NCBI GenBank assembly: GCA_020635855.1
Contig: JACJYZ010000003.1
Location: 49,937 to 113,936, forward strand
Source of the DNA: Flavobacteriales bacterium
GTDB taxonomy: Bacteria; Bacteroidota; Bacteroidia; JACJYZ01
Direction of reading: 5' to 3'
Length of the DNA: 64,000 nucleotides
A program made the position numbers and the translations under genes. The notes beneath the pieces are model-generated. The model searched no databases, was not told the origin of the DNA, and saw only the letters and a program-made list of their open reading frames with translations. Shown piece after piece: positions 51,415 through 62,352 of the stretch; position 1 is the stretch's first letter, and each line of letters starts with the position of its first letter.

Positions 51415-52542
51415 TCAGGAAGCGTTCAATACCCGGTCCCAGTCTTTCCAAACAACTTCAAGTCCCGCATCCCTGATCACCTTGGCCATTTCAGCCGGAC
51501 TCCGGTCATCGTCGATCTCAAACTGTTCCAGGCTTTCTTCCTTTTCGGTATAACCGCCGGGATTCGTTCGTGATCCCGCGCTCATGGTGGTGATGCCGAG
51601 ACCCAGGATGTGATTCCTGAAAGTCGGGCGTTCCCGGGTAGACAGTGACAGTTCCACATTTTCATTGAAGATGCGGTATGCGCAGATCAGTTGCGTGAGG
51701 TCCTTTTCAGATATACTCACCCTGGGTTCTATGATCCCTTCTGCCGGCCTTAGCCTTGGGAAAGAAATTGAAAAGCGACTTTGCCAGTAGGTACGTTCCA
51801 GGTAGTACATGTGAAGGGCGGTGAAGAAGGCATCGGTGCGCCATTCTTCCAGTCCGATCAATGCACCCAGTCCGATCTTGTGAATGCCCGCTTTTCCCAG
51901 CCGGTCCGGTGTATCCAGCCTGTATTCGAAGTTCGACTTCTTGCCCTTGGGATGATAATCTTTATAGGCATCCCTGTGATATGTTTCCTGGTATACCAGT
52001 ACGGTATGCAGTCCGAGTGCGCCCAGGCGTTCGTATTCGTCCTGTTCAAGCGGCTGAACTTCAAGTGAGATATGTGAGAAATAAGGACGGATCAGGGAGA
52101 TGGCATGCGCGAGGTAATCAACCCCTACTTTGCGGTTGGCTTCTCCGGTAACCAGCAGTACATGATCCATGCCCATGGATTTGATCACCTTCACCTCCTC
52201 CAGGATCTGTTCGTCATTCAGCGTTACACGGGGTAGCTTGTTGTCGAAGCTGAACCCGCAATAGGTGCAGATGTTCTGGCACTCGTTGCTCAGGTACATG
52301 GGGATGTACATCTGCATGGTTTTCCCGAATCGCTTTTGGGTGAGCATGCGGCTGGTACGCGCCATGGTTTCCAGGTAGGGGGCGGCAGCGGGAGATATCA
52401 GGGCCATGAAATCATCCGGACTTCCCTTCCCGGCACGGTGAAGCGCAGCTTCCACATCCGATGCTTTCATGGAGTAAATCCGGTCACGGCACCGATCCCA
52501 GTCGAGGTTTTCAAAAACCGACAAAAAACCGGAGGTGTTCAT
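51415..52542 (-). CDS. thiH: 2-iminoacetate synthase (tyrosine lyase), radical SAM
   Basis: Radical-SAM Cys motif [11 protein letters not shown] (CxxxCxxC). 375 aa. Last gene of the thi operon, overlaps the thiG stop. Confidence 0.85.
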   Translation of the reverse strand: MNTSGFLSVFENLDWDRCRDRIYSMKASDVEAALHRAGKGSPDDFMALISPAAAPYLETMARTSRMLTQKRFGKTMQMYIPMYLSNECQNICTYCGFSFDNKLPRVTLNDEQILEEVKVIKSMGMDHVLLVTGEANRKVGVDYLAHAISLIRPYFSHISLEVQPLEQDEYERLGALGLHTVLVYQETYHRDAYKDYHPKGKKSNFEYRLDTPDRLGKAGIHKIGLGALIGLEEWRTDAFFTALHMYYLERTYWQSRFSISFPRLRPAEGIIEPRVSISEKDLTQLICAYRIFNENVELSLSTRERPTFRNHILGLGITTMSAGSRTNPGGYTEKEESLEQFEIDDDRSPAEMAKVIRDAGLEVVWKDWDRVLNAS

Positions 52543-53327
52543 GCAATGGTGGATTCAGGTGTTTCCAGGAAGGAGGTGAGTGGGCTGGTGGCGTCGGCGA
52601 TGTGCGATACGCTTCCCAGCCTGGCTTCGAAGGCCATGCGTCCTGCTTCAACAGCCATGCGGAATGCTTTGGCCATCTCTACGGGATGATCGGAAACGGC
52701 AATGGCTGTATTCACCAGTACGGCATCTGCACCCATTTCCATTGCTTCCGCGGCATGGCTCGGCGCACCGATGCCGGCATCCACCACAACGGGAACACGG
52801 CTCTGGTCGATGATAATCTCCAGCATCGATTTCATTTTCAATCCCTGGTTCGAACCGATGGGTGCCCCCAACGGCATTACGGCAGCGGTTCCCACGTCTT
52901 CCAGTCGTTTGCATAAAACCGGATCGGCGTGAATGTAAGGAAGCACCACGAACCCTTCTTTTGCGAGGATGCGGGTGGCTTCAAGGGTTTCCACCGGGTC
53001 GGGTAGGAGGTAACGGGGATCCGGGTGAATTTCCAGTTTGATCCAATGGGTACCCAGTGCTTCTCGTGCAAGGCGGGCGGCCAGTACGGCTTCCTTGGCG
53101 TTGCGAACACCGGAGGTATTGGGTAGCCAGCGGATGTGGTTGTGCTTCAGGTAATGCGTGAGGTCATCTTCTCCTTTGCCTATGTCAACGCGTTTCAGGG
53201 CCATGGTCACCAGTTCCGACCCTGAGGCCAAGAGGGCATCTTCCATCAACCGGTTTGAACTGAATTTACCGGTGCCTGTAAACAGCCTGGATTGGAAGGT
53301 TTGATCTGCTATTTGTAAAGGTTTCAT
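52539..53327 (-). CDS. thiG: Thiazole synthase
   Basis: [22 protein letters not shown]...[14 protein letters not shown]...; canonical ThiG N-terminus. Confidence 0.9.
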   Translation of the reverse strand: MKPLQIADQTFQSRLFTGTGKFSSNRLMEDALLASGSELVTMALKRVDIGKGEDDLTHYLKHNHIRWLPNTSGVRNAKEAVLAARLAREALGTHWIKLEIHPDPRYLLPDPVETLEATRILAKEGFVVLPYIHADPVLCKRLEDVGTAAVMPLGAPIGSNQGLKMKSMLEIIIDQSRVPVVVDAGIGAPSHAAEAMEMGADAVLVNTAIAVSDHPVEMAKAFRMAVEAGRMAFEARLGSVSHIADATSPLTSFLETPESTIA

Positions 53328-53971
53328 GCGAGGGGCTGGGATAAAAGTTGCAAAGTGGCAATGAACCGGTGTGCTTCGTGGATTGGCGATGCAGCCTCGT
53401 TGATCGCGGAGGCTACAGCCACACCATGGATACCTGTATGCAGAATGTTCAGGACATCCTCCGGCAGGATGCCACCGATGGCTACCAGGGGGATGTCGAT
53501 GGATGCCTGACGCATCCGGTGAACGATGTCGGTCAACCCTTCCGGTCCCAGGATGGGGCTCAGGTTTCTTTTGGTTGATGTGAAGCGGTAGGGGCCGATG
53601 CCAAAGTATGCGATATCGGATGTAGCATGCTGGAGGATATCATCAAAAGAATTGGCTGTGCAACCGATGATGGCCTCTTGCCCCAGAATGAGACGTGCTT
53701 CGTCGGGGGTGGGGTCGTTCTTTCCCACGTGTACACCGTCTGCACCGGTTTCCAGTGCCAGGTAGGGGTTGTCGTTGATGATGCACACCGAATCGTAGTG
53801 TCGGCATACTTTCACCACTGCTTTTGCTTCAGCGGTGATTTTGCTGCGGTCGGTACGTTTGCTGCGGAACTGGATCCAGCGTATACCTGCCTCGCAGGCT
53901 TCTTCTGCCTGCATGGCGTGGGATTTTCCTTCAAGATCCTGGGTGATGAGCTGTAATTCGGGGATGGTCAT
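53324..53971 (-). CDS. thiE: Thiamine-phosphate synthase
   Basis: TMP-synthase fold pattern (...HVGKNDP...[12 protein letters not shown]...AIGGI). 4-nt overlaps with both neighbours. Confidence 0.85.
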   Translation of the reverse strand: MTIPELQLITQDLEGKSHAMQAEEACEAGIRWIQFRSKRTDRSKITAEAKAVVKVCRHYDSVCIINDNPYLALETGADGVHVGKNDPTPDEARLILGQEAIIGCTANSFDDILQHATSDIAYFGIGPYRFTSTKRNLSPILGPEGLTDIVHRMRQASIDIPLVAIGGILPEDVLNILHTGIHGVAVASAINEAASPIHEAHRFIATLQLLSQPLA

Positions 53972-54726
53972 GGTAGTGGGGCGTGGATGCCCATTTTAGA
54001 TGAGTCACTGGCGAGGAAGGTCCGGGTAAATGCGATGCCGTCGGTTACTGCATGGCTCAGGGAATGTCCTTTGGCCAGGCCTGCGGCAATGGAAGCGGAG
54101 AGTGTGCATCCCGAGCCGTGTTTCTCTCCGGATTCGATATAATCGTTGGTGAAGCATTCACCCATGCCGTTTATAAACAAGGTATCGGTGACCGTTTCTT
54201 GGTTTGTATGTCCACCGGTCAGCAGCACCGGACACGACGCCGAAAGTTTCCGGGCTGCTTCGTTCGGGTCGGAACAACCTGTCAGCCGGCACGCTTCCAT
54301 GATATTTGGTGTGATCAGGTCGCAGGATGTCAGTGGAAAATCGTCGGTAAGCATGGAGTGTGTGTCCCAGAATGCATGGCCTGTGGACGATGTAAGAACG
54401 GGATCCCATACCACCTTGGTGTCGGGGATGACCTCTTTGATGAGGTGGATAATATTGGCACATACCCGGGCACTTTCCGTGATGCCAATTTTAACGGCGC
54501 GTGGGCGGAAGCGTGCCATCACCGAGCGCATTTGCCGGAAGATCATGTCCGGTGCCATCCACAAAAGCCGGTCGAACTCTTGGTCGCTTTGCGCGGTAAC
54601 AGCGGTGCAGATGCCAAGGGATCGGACCCTGTGGCACTCCAACGTTTTGATATCAGCCAGCAGGCCCGCGCCTCCACTCGGGTCAAGGCCGGCAACCGAC
54701 ATTGCGTATGGGAGGACTTCAGACAT
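53968..54726 (-). CDS. thiD: Hydroxymethylpyrimidine/phosphomethylpyrimidine kinase
   Basis: MSEVLPYAMSVAGLDPSGGAGLLADIKT...; ribokinase-like GSGC (HGSGCTLSASIAAGL). Confidence 0.9.
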   Translation of the reverse strand: MSEVLPYAMSVAGLDPSGGAGLLADIKTLECHRVRSLGICTAVTAQSDQEFDRLLWMAPDMIFRQMRSVMARFRPRAVKIGITESARVCANIIHLIKEVIPDTKVVWDPVLTSSTGHAFWDTHSMLTDDFPLTSCDLITPNIMEACRLTGCSDPNEAARKLSASCPVLLTGGHTNQETVTDTLFINGMGECFTNDYIESGEKHGSGCTLSASIAAGLAKGHSLSHAVTDGIAFTRTFLASDSSKMGIHAPLP

Positions 54727-55408
54727 GTTGGGAGATTTTCTTTATGTGGAGGATACCATCCTTGTCTACCGACATGGCGGTATCAGCATTCATGGAACCG
54801 AGCACCCGACTCTGCACTTGTGCATAGGTTCCAACCGGATCATCCGTATTCCAGATATACCCGAGCATGGCCATTCCGTAGAAACCAACTTCACAAACTT
54901 CATCCACCTTGGTTTCGTCCACACCGCCAAGTGCAATCACATGTTGTGAAGAATTCATAATGGCGGCTTTCAGCATATACTTGGAAAACCCGGCCTGGTA
55001 TCCGCCTTTGGAAATGCTGTCGAACACCGGACTGATAAAGACATAGTCGTACCGGGTCTTGTCGTTATACAGGCTGTTCAGGTTGTGAAAAGAAGTGCTG
55101 ATGTGGAGTTGGGGGTGAAACCACCGGTACATCCTGGTGTATTTCCATCGGTTGAAACGTTTCTTTCTGACTTTGGAAGTGAGATGGATGCCTTTGAGTT
55201 TCATCCGGGTGGCCAGGTTGAAATGAGAATGAATCACGATCCGGTTCCAGTAGACCTTGGGAATTTTCAGGAGCAGCGCGCGCATTTGTCCGCTGGATGC
55301 ACCAGGTTTGCGAAGGTGGAGGATCGGTAGTCCTTCTTCAAACATGCGCGTCAATATTTCAGCTTCCTGCTTGAAAAATGTCGGTTTTGTGATCACGATT
55401 GTTTTCAA
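54719..55408 (-). CDS. Thiamine-phosphate synthase-like protein (TenI/ThiE paralogue)
   Basis: MKTIVITKPTFFKQEAEILTRMFEEGLPILHLRKP... and C-terminal ...ALGGV... typical of the TMP-TENI family. Position between thiC and thiD is conserved in Bacteroidetes thi operons. Confidence 0.7.
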   Translation of the reverse strand: MKTIVITKPTFFKQEAEILTRMFEEGLPILHLRKPGASSGQMRALLLKIPKVYWNRIVIHSHFNLATRMKLKGIHLTSKVRKKRFNRWKYTRMYRWFHPQLHISTSFHNLNSLYNDKTRYDYVFISPVFDSISKGGYQAGFSKYMLKAAIMNSSQHVIALGGVDETKVDEVCEVGFYGMAMLGYIWNTDDPVGTYAQVQSRVLGSMNADTAMSVDKDGILHIKKISQHV

Positions 55409-55441
55409 GTCTTCCTTGTTTTAGAGGGTTTGAACTGGGTG

Positions 55442-57265
<1,824 letters not shown>

Positions 57266-57505
57266 TTAGCCTCCCTGGGTGGCGTGGATAATCAGAATAT
57301 GGTCGCGATCATTCAGCAAGGTCCTGTTCCAGTCGGAAAGGGGGATCACGTCACTGTTGACTGCAAGGGCGATTCCCTGGCGTGCTTCAAGTGACAGTTG
57401 CCGTATCAGGTCCGAAACGGAATAACCCGATTGAACCCGGTGGATTTGATCGTTCACATGAACGGTGATGTGTTCCCCTGTATCTGTGTTGTCGAACGCT
57501 TGCAT
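57266..57505 (-). CDS. thiS: Sulfur-carrier protein ThiS
   Basis: 79 aa ending ...HATQGG (C-terminal Gly-Gly). First gene after the TPP riboswitch. Core HITVHVNDQ... Confidence 0.75.
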   Translation of the reverse strand: MQAFDNTDTGEHITVHVNDQIHRVQSGYSVSDLIRQLSLEARQGIALAVNSDVIPLSDWNRTLLNDRDHILIIHATQGG

Positions 57506-57534
57506 TGAATGCTCAATGTCTGCAAGGGGTGCGA

Positions 57535-57625
57535 GAGTCCAGCCAATCCCTTCGCCGGCATGATCCGGAGCAGGTTCGATGGGTATGTTCTCAGCCCCGG
57601 ATCAACCGGGACACCCCTTTGCTTG
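57535..57625 (-). ncRNA. TPP (THI-box) riboswitch
   Basis: Minus strand reads AGGGGUGUCCCGGUUGAUCCGGGGCUGAGAACAUACCCAUCGAACCUGCUCCGGAUCAUGCCGGCGAAGGGAUUGG. It contains the conserved GGGGUG, CUGAGA, UACCC, GAACCUG and AUCAUGCC...GAAGGGA elements of the TPP aptamer, about 35 nt upstream of the thiS ATG. Confidence 0.9.
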
Positions 57626-57696
57626 GTCGTACAAAATTGACCAAATACAACTTGATTTCCAAAGTTGTTTCCAAAAAGTTACCAACCGGTAGATGC

Positions 57697-58434
57697 TTAC
57701 GCGGATTTGACAGCTGTTCCGAGCACATCAAGCAGGGAGCTGTTTGACTCGATGGCGTTGCCCACCACGATGACATCGGCCCCTGCATGGCATGCGGCTA
57801 TCACCTGTTCGGGAGTGCATATCCCTCCTCCGGCAATGATCGGCAGGTCGGTGGATTGCCTCACGGCGGAGATCATTTCGGGTGGAATGGGGTGTTTGGC
57901 TCCGCTTCCTGCATCCATATAAAGTACCTTCAGTCCCAGCAACTCACCGGCCATGGCTGTGCATGCGGCGATGTCGTATTTGGTGCGCGGAATAGGAAAG
58001 GTATTGCTGATATAAGAAACGGTAGTGGCCTGGCCACCGTCGATGAGCATATAACCCGTCGGGATCACTTCCAGTTGGGTTTGTTTGATCATCGGGGCTG
58101 CGATCACGTGGTTCCCGATAAGCATTTCCGGGTTTCTGCCGGAAATCAGGGACAGAAAGAACAATGCATCGGCGTTGTCAACCACCTGGAGGATGCTGCC
58201 GGGGAACAAGACCACGGGTTTGCCCGTCACCTCCTTGATCCTGTCAATACAGGTGCGGGTAGATTGTGCCCTGACCAGGCTACCGCCCACGAAGATGAGG
58301 TCCACGCATGCTTCTCCCGATTGCATCAGGGATGTGAGTTGGCCATCGTTCAGGTCGTCCGGATCGATCAGGACGGCGAACAGTTTGCGGTTCTCTTTGC
58401 GGGCCGCTGCTATGATCTTGTATACGTGGCTCAT
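57697..58434 (-). CDS. Geranylgeranylglyceryl-phosphate synthase family protein (PcrB/GGGPS-like, TIM barrel)
   Basis: VLIDPDD...IFVGGSL...YMDAGSGA...IIAGGGICT pattern of the GGGPS/PcrB family. ATG at 58432-58434. Confidence 0.7.
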   Translation of the reverse strand: MSHVYKIIAAARKENRKLFAVLIDPDDLNDGQLTSLMQSGEACVDLIFVGGSLVRAQSTRTCIDRIKEVTGKPVVLFPGSILQVVDNADALFFLSLISGRNPEMLIGNHVIAAPMIKQTQLEVIPTGYMLIDGGQATTVSYISNTFPIPRTKYDIAACTAMAGELLGLKVLYMDAGSGAKHPIPPEMISAVRQSTDLPIIAGGGICTPEQVIAACHAGADVIVVGNAIESNSSLLDVLGTAVKSA

Positions 58435-58445
58435 GGCTGGCAATA

Positions 58446-59081
58446 TTAACCATATTTCGTCACGTACACCAGCACAAAATCTTCCCTTGATATGAATCCG
58501 GCCTGTAATAGGTGATCCCTGCAACGAATCAAAAAACCGTTTTCGGGTTGTTTGGGGTCGGGCCAGCTTTGTATGTGAAGGTCTTTCCGGAAATCAAGTC
58601 CACCCGCCCCGTCCCACTTATATGCCGCTTCTTTCCCGCTCCAGGCCAGTGCTAGTATTTCGGGCAAATGGGTTCGGATGTGCTGAGCCTTTGACAACTC
58701 GTCTTGCGAAAGGTATCGATCGGCGATGCGATCAAAGGTCCGCGACCGCATCTCTATGTCAATCCCGATGTTGCGGTCGGCCACGGCTACGGCAGCATAG
58801 GTGTGGGCATGGGAAAAGGAGACCCCGGTGGATGTGTCACGTAAGAATGGTTTTCCCTGTTCATTGTAAGAGATGTTGCATGGATCGTGGCCCATGCGGG
58901 TTAGCAAGGCCCGGGCGGCGAGGAACTGGCATTGTCGTTCTTTCTGTTTGAATGTGGCCAATCGGTCCAGGTCAACCGGCGTGAGTGAGGTCAGGGTCAT
59001 CAATTCATCCCGTTGTTGGGAAATGCCCCAGATGCCGATCTGAAGGCTTCCGCTTGAATGAATGATTTGGTCCGACTGCAT
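58446..59081 (-). CDS. 4'-phosphopantetheinyl transferase (Sfp/EntD type)
   Basis: ATFKQKERQCQFLAARALL, GIDIEM and WSGKEAAYKW motifs. Confidence 0.8.
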   Translation of the reverse strand: MQSDQIIHSSGSLQIGIWGISQQRDELMTLTSLTPVDLDRLATFKQKERQCQFLAARALLTRMGHDPCNISYNEQGKPFLRDTSTGVSFSHAHTYAAVAVADRNIGIDIEMRSRTFDRIADRYLSQDELSKAQHIRTHLPEILALAWSGKEAAYKWDGAGGLDFRKDLHIQSWPDPKQPENGFLIRCRDHLLQAGFISREDFVLVYVTKYG

Positions 59082-59217
59082 GATGCGGGGTGGTGGTACC
59101 CGGCAAAGATAGGAGGTTTGGTCTACACGCGGGGTTGCCCCTTGAATTGGTAATTGAAAAGGTGTTTTCTACCTTTGCCCATCCATTGAGTATTCATCAA
59201 AAAAGGAAAATCTCAAA

Positions 59218-60537
59218 ATGAGCCAAACTACGGTGCAAAAATTTGAAAAATATAAGGTAAAGGACATTTCACTTGCCGCCTGGGGCCGCAAGGAAATCGA
59301 ACTGGCCGAGGCAGAAATGCCCGGTCTGATGGCCATTCGTGAAGAATATGGCGCGAAGAAACCGCTGCAAGGCGCACGCATTGCAGGTTGTTTGCACATG
59401 ACCATTCAAACCGCTGTTCTGATCGAGACCTTGGTGGAACTGGGTGCGGAAGTTACCTGGTCATCATGCAACATCTTTTCAACCCAGGATCATGCTGCTG
59501 CAGCGATCGCGGAAAAAGGTATTTCCGTATATGCCTGGAAGGGAATGAACGATCAGGAGTTCGACTGGTGCATTGAGCAAACATTGTTTTTCGGTGAAGA
59601 CCGGAAACCACTGAACATGATCCTCGACGATGGTGGAGATCTCACCAACATGGTGCTGGATCGTTATCCCGAATTGGTGGAAGGCATCAAAGGTATTTCC
59701 GAAGAAACCACCACCGGTGTGCATCGCTTGTACGAGCGCGCAAAAAAAGGAAAACTCCCGCTGCCGTGTATCAATGTGAACGATTCCGTTACGAAATCCA
59801 AATTCGATAACAAGTACGGTTGCCGCGAATCATTGGTTGACGGCATCCGCCGTGCTACCGATGTGATGATCGCAGGTAAGGTGGCCGTGGTTGCAGGATA
59901 TGGTGATGTGGGCAAAGGTTCCGCACAATCGTTGAGCGCTGCCGGTGCCCGTGTGATCGTGACCGAGATTGATCCGATCTGCGCCCTGCAGGCTGCCATG
60001 GAAGGTTACCAGGTGATGAAAATGGATGATGCGGTGAAGCTTGCTGACATCGTGGTTACCGCTACCGGTAATAAGGACGTGGTTGTAGGCCGTCACTTCG
60101 AGAACATGAAAGACAAGGTCATCGTTTGCAACATCGGTCACTTCGACAATGAGATTGACATGGCATGGCTCATCAAGAACCATGGTTCAACCAAAGTGAA
60201 CATCAAGCCGCAGGTGGATAAGTTCACCGTGAAAGGTCATGATGTGATCGTATTGGCGGAAGGTCGCCTGGTGAACCTGGGATGTGCAACAGGTCACCCG
60301 TCGTTCGTGATGTCAAACAGCTTCACCAACCAGGTGCTGGCTCAGATCGAGTTGTGGAAGAACAGCGGCGGCTACGAAAACAAGGTGTACACGTTGCCGA
60401 AGCATCTGGACGAAAAAGTGGCTGCGTTCCACCTCGCCAAGATTGGGGTGCAACTGGAAACCCTGACTCCGGAACAAGCCGAATACATTGGCGTGGAGCA
60501 GAAGGGCCCGTTTAAACCCGACTACTACAGGTACTAA
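59218..60537 (+). CDS. ahcY: Adenosylhomocysteinase
   Basis: [39 protein letters not shown]...; NAD site [13 protein letters not shown]. 439 aa. Confidence 0.95.
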   Translation: MSQTTVQKFEKYKVKDISLAAWGRKEIELAEAEMPGLMAIREEYGAKKPLQGARIAGCLHMTIQTAVLIETLVELGAEVTWSSCNIFSTQDHAAAAIAEKGISVYAWKGMNDQEFDWCIEQTLFFGEDRKPLNMILDDGGDLTNMVLDRYPELVEGIKGISEETTTGVHRLYERAKKGKLPLPCINVNDSVTKSKFDNKYGCRESLVDGIRRATDVMIAGKVAVVAGYGDVGKGSAQSLSAAGARVIVTEIDPICALQAAMEGYQVMKMDDAVKLADIVVTATGNKDVVVGRHFENMKDKVIVCNIGHFDNEIDMAWLIKNHGSTKVNIKPQVDKFTVKGHDVIVLAEGRLVNLGCATGHPSFVMSNSFTNQVLAQIELWKNSGGYENKVYTLPKHLDEKVAAFHLAKIGVQLETLTPEQAEYIGVEQKGPFKPDYYRY

Positions 60538-60540
60538 TTA

Positions 60541-60758
60541 CAGCATACTGCAAGAGCTACAGCAACAGTTCGCCGTAGCTTTAGCGGAGCAACCATACAG
60601 CAAGAGCATACAGTGGGAGGTTTCCCGGACTGTATGCTCTTTTGTTTTGTTCTATGTTAAGTCTTGTATTGAGCCTCACACTTGCTGTTGCTGTATGCTG
60701 TTGCAGTATGCTGTTGCGGTATGCTCTTGCAGTATGCTCTTGCAGTATGCTCTTGCTC
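60541..60758. repeat. Largest GCTGTATGC-type inverted-repeat element
   Basis: Left arm cagcatactgcaagagctacagcaacag. Core ttcgccgtagctttagcggagcaacc. Right arm gctgttgctgtatgctgttgcagtatgctgttgcggtatgctcttgcagtatgctcttgcagtatgctcttgctc (about 11-nt tandem units). Confidence 0.75.
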
Positions 60759-61215
60759 AATTAAAAATATGCACCCACGTTCCGTCGAACGAGGTTTCAT
60801 ATTGTTTGAGGGGCAGGGTGGCCGGGCCTTTGACAACCGACCCGTCAAACAAAAGAAAGGTTGATCCGCAGCAGGGGTCTGTCACCTGGATGTTGGTGGA
60901 GTCTACTTCCACTTTACCACAGCTAGATGATGGTTGATAAGGGCAGTGCCGGTCGAAGGCCAGGAAGGCGTCAAGGGATTGGCGGTACACAACGATTCCC
61001 CTTGAACCTCCTACAATGTAAACCCATCCTCCGGGTGCGTTCAGGTCGGTGAACCCTGGTTCTGTCGGAGAAACATAGATGTCCACAGCAACGTCAGGAA
61101 CCCTTTCATCGTTCTTTTTGCATGCAGCTATCAGGGCTGCGCATGCGAACAACATAAGGAAGGACAGATGTCGTGACTTGAGCTTTTTTGTTATCTTCAT
61201 GGAGAATGGAATCAT
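60757..61215 (-). CDS. Hypothetical lipoprotein
   Basis: MKITKKLKSRHLSFLMLFACAALIAACKKN lipobox. No family motif recognised. Confidence 0.45.
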   Translation of the reverse strand: MIPFSMKITKKLKSRHLSFLMLFACAALIAACKKNDERVPDVAVDIYVSPTEPGFTDLNAPGGWVYIVGGSRGIVVYRQSLDAFLAFDRHCPYQPSSSCGKVEVDSTNIQVTDPCCGSTFLLFDGSVVKGPATLPLKQYETSFDGTWVHIFN

Positions 61216-61282
61216 CAGGCAAAGTTATGAAAGTCTCGCCTGGTATTAATTGTAACTTTGACACGCGACTGTTAAACAGAAT

Positions 61283-61621
61283 GTGCAAAAGATGAAAAGG
61301 AAACGTTGGATACGAGGTTTGGTTGCGGTTTTGCTGGTGCTGATGTCCGGTGTGGTGATGGCACAGGCTGAGGGGCCCGGCGACAGTCCGGCATCCAAGA
61401 AGAAGCCCAAAACCCAGCAGGAGCGTGCGGCGCAAAAGGACAAGCAGAAAAAGCTGAATGAAGCCAAGAAGATTGATAAGATGCTTCATAAACGGGCGAA
61501 GAAAATTCAGTCCAAGGAAACGCGGAAAATGATGAAGAAGAGCAAGCGAAAATCCAAACGGATCGTGGAAAAAAGAAGGGATCCTTTTTATATTCGCTGG
61601 TTCAGAAACAGGAGGCATTGA
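61283..61621 (+). CDS. Secreted lysine-rich small protein
   Basis: Signal peptide LVAVLLVLMSGVVMAQA, then a highly basic K/R-rich tail (about 40% K/R). Confidence 0.45.
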   Translation: MQKMKRKRWIRGLVAVLLVLMSGVVMAQAEGPGDSPASKKKPKTQQERAAQKDKQKKLNEAKKIDKMLHKRAKKIQSKETRKMMKKSKRKSKRIVEKRRDPFYIRWFRNRRH

Positions 61622-62148
61622 CCATGATGACGATCACTCCCATTGTGATGACAATGGACTTCAACTACACTACGCTGATATACATCCTGATCGGGATCGT
61701 GTACTATGCATTCAGGGCCATTGGAAAAGGAGCCAAAGAAGATGGCAAGCCGAAGAAGGCACCGAAGAAAAACCTGCTTGAAGAGCTGGAGGACATGATA
61801 CGGGAAAAGCAGGAACCTGCTCCCAAACCCGCGCCTGCCCCCGTTCAGCAGTCATCTCCGCCTCCCCAGCGCGATCGCCAGAAGTCGGCAAAATCCACAC
61901 ATTCGGATTCAACGCATCTGAAGGAGACGTACAGTTCGCGCATAAGGATGATGGACCAGGTCACGGCAGAAGGCAGCAGCATCATGCATCCCGTGCCACC
62001 GAGTGCGCACATGCATGACCCGAAAAAAAGCAAGGTTAAAATCGTGCGCCTGAAGAAAAGGAAAACAGCCTTCAACCTGCGCCGGGCGGTGATTCAATCC
62101 GCAATTCTGGAAAGGCCGTACGCTGACACGGGAAATCCTACCGCTTAA
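61618..62148 (+). CDS. Hypothetical membrane protein with lysine/proline-rich linker
   Basis: TM helix TLIYILIGIVYYAF. KPKKAPKK and PAPKPAPAP low-complexity linker. Overlaps the previous gene by 4 nt. Confidence 0.4.
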   Translation: MTMMTITPIVMTMDFNYTTLIYILIGIVYYAFRAIGKGAKEDGKPKKAPKKNLLEELEDMIREKQEPAPKPAPAPVQQSSPPPQRDRQKSAKSTHSDSTHLKETYSSRIRMMDQVTAEGSSIMHPVPPSAHMHDPKKSKVKIVRLKKRKTAFNLRRAVIQSAILERPYADTGNPTA

Positions 62149-62352
62149 TAATTATTCATTGACATTACCCCCTTTCTTTGCTACTTTCGATTTAACATTC
62201 CCTCCTAACATAAAAGCCACCGCATCAACGGCTTGTCATTTTTCAGAAAGATTTTGCGATTAAAAACTTCTTTTTTATACCTTTACCCCCTCTGAAAATC
62301 TCGCATCACATTTTCGGTTTTTTGATTTTTTAGTTACCAAAAAAATTGCATT

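Noticed and set aside
60541-60758. CRISPR array, suggested by the short tandem GCTGTATGC units
   Set aside because: Units are 10-11 nt with no unique spacers, no ~28-37-nt repeats and no cas genes nearby. It is a satellite/REP-like repeat.
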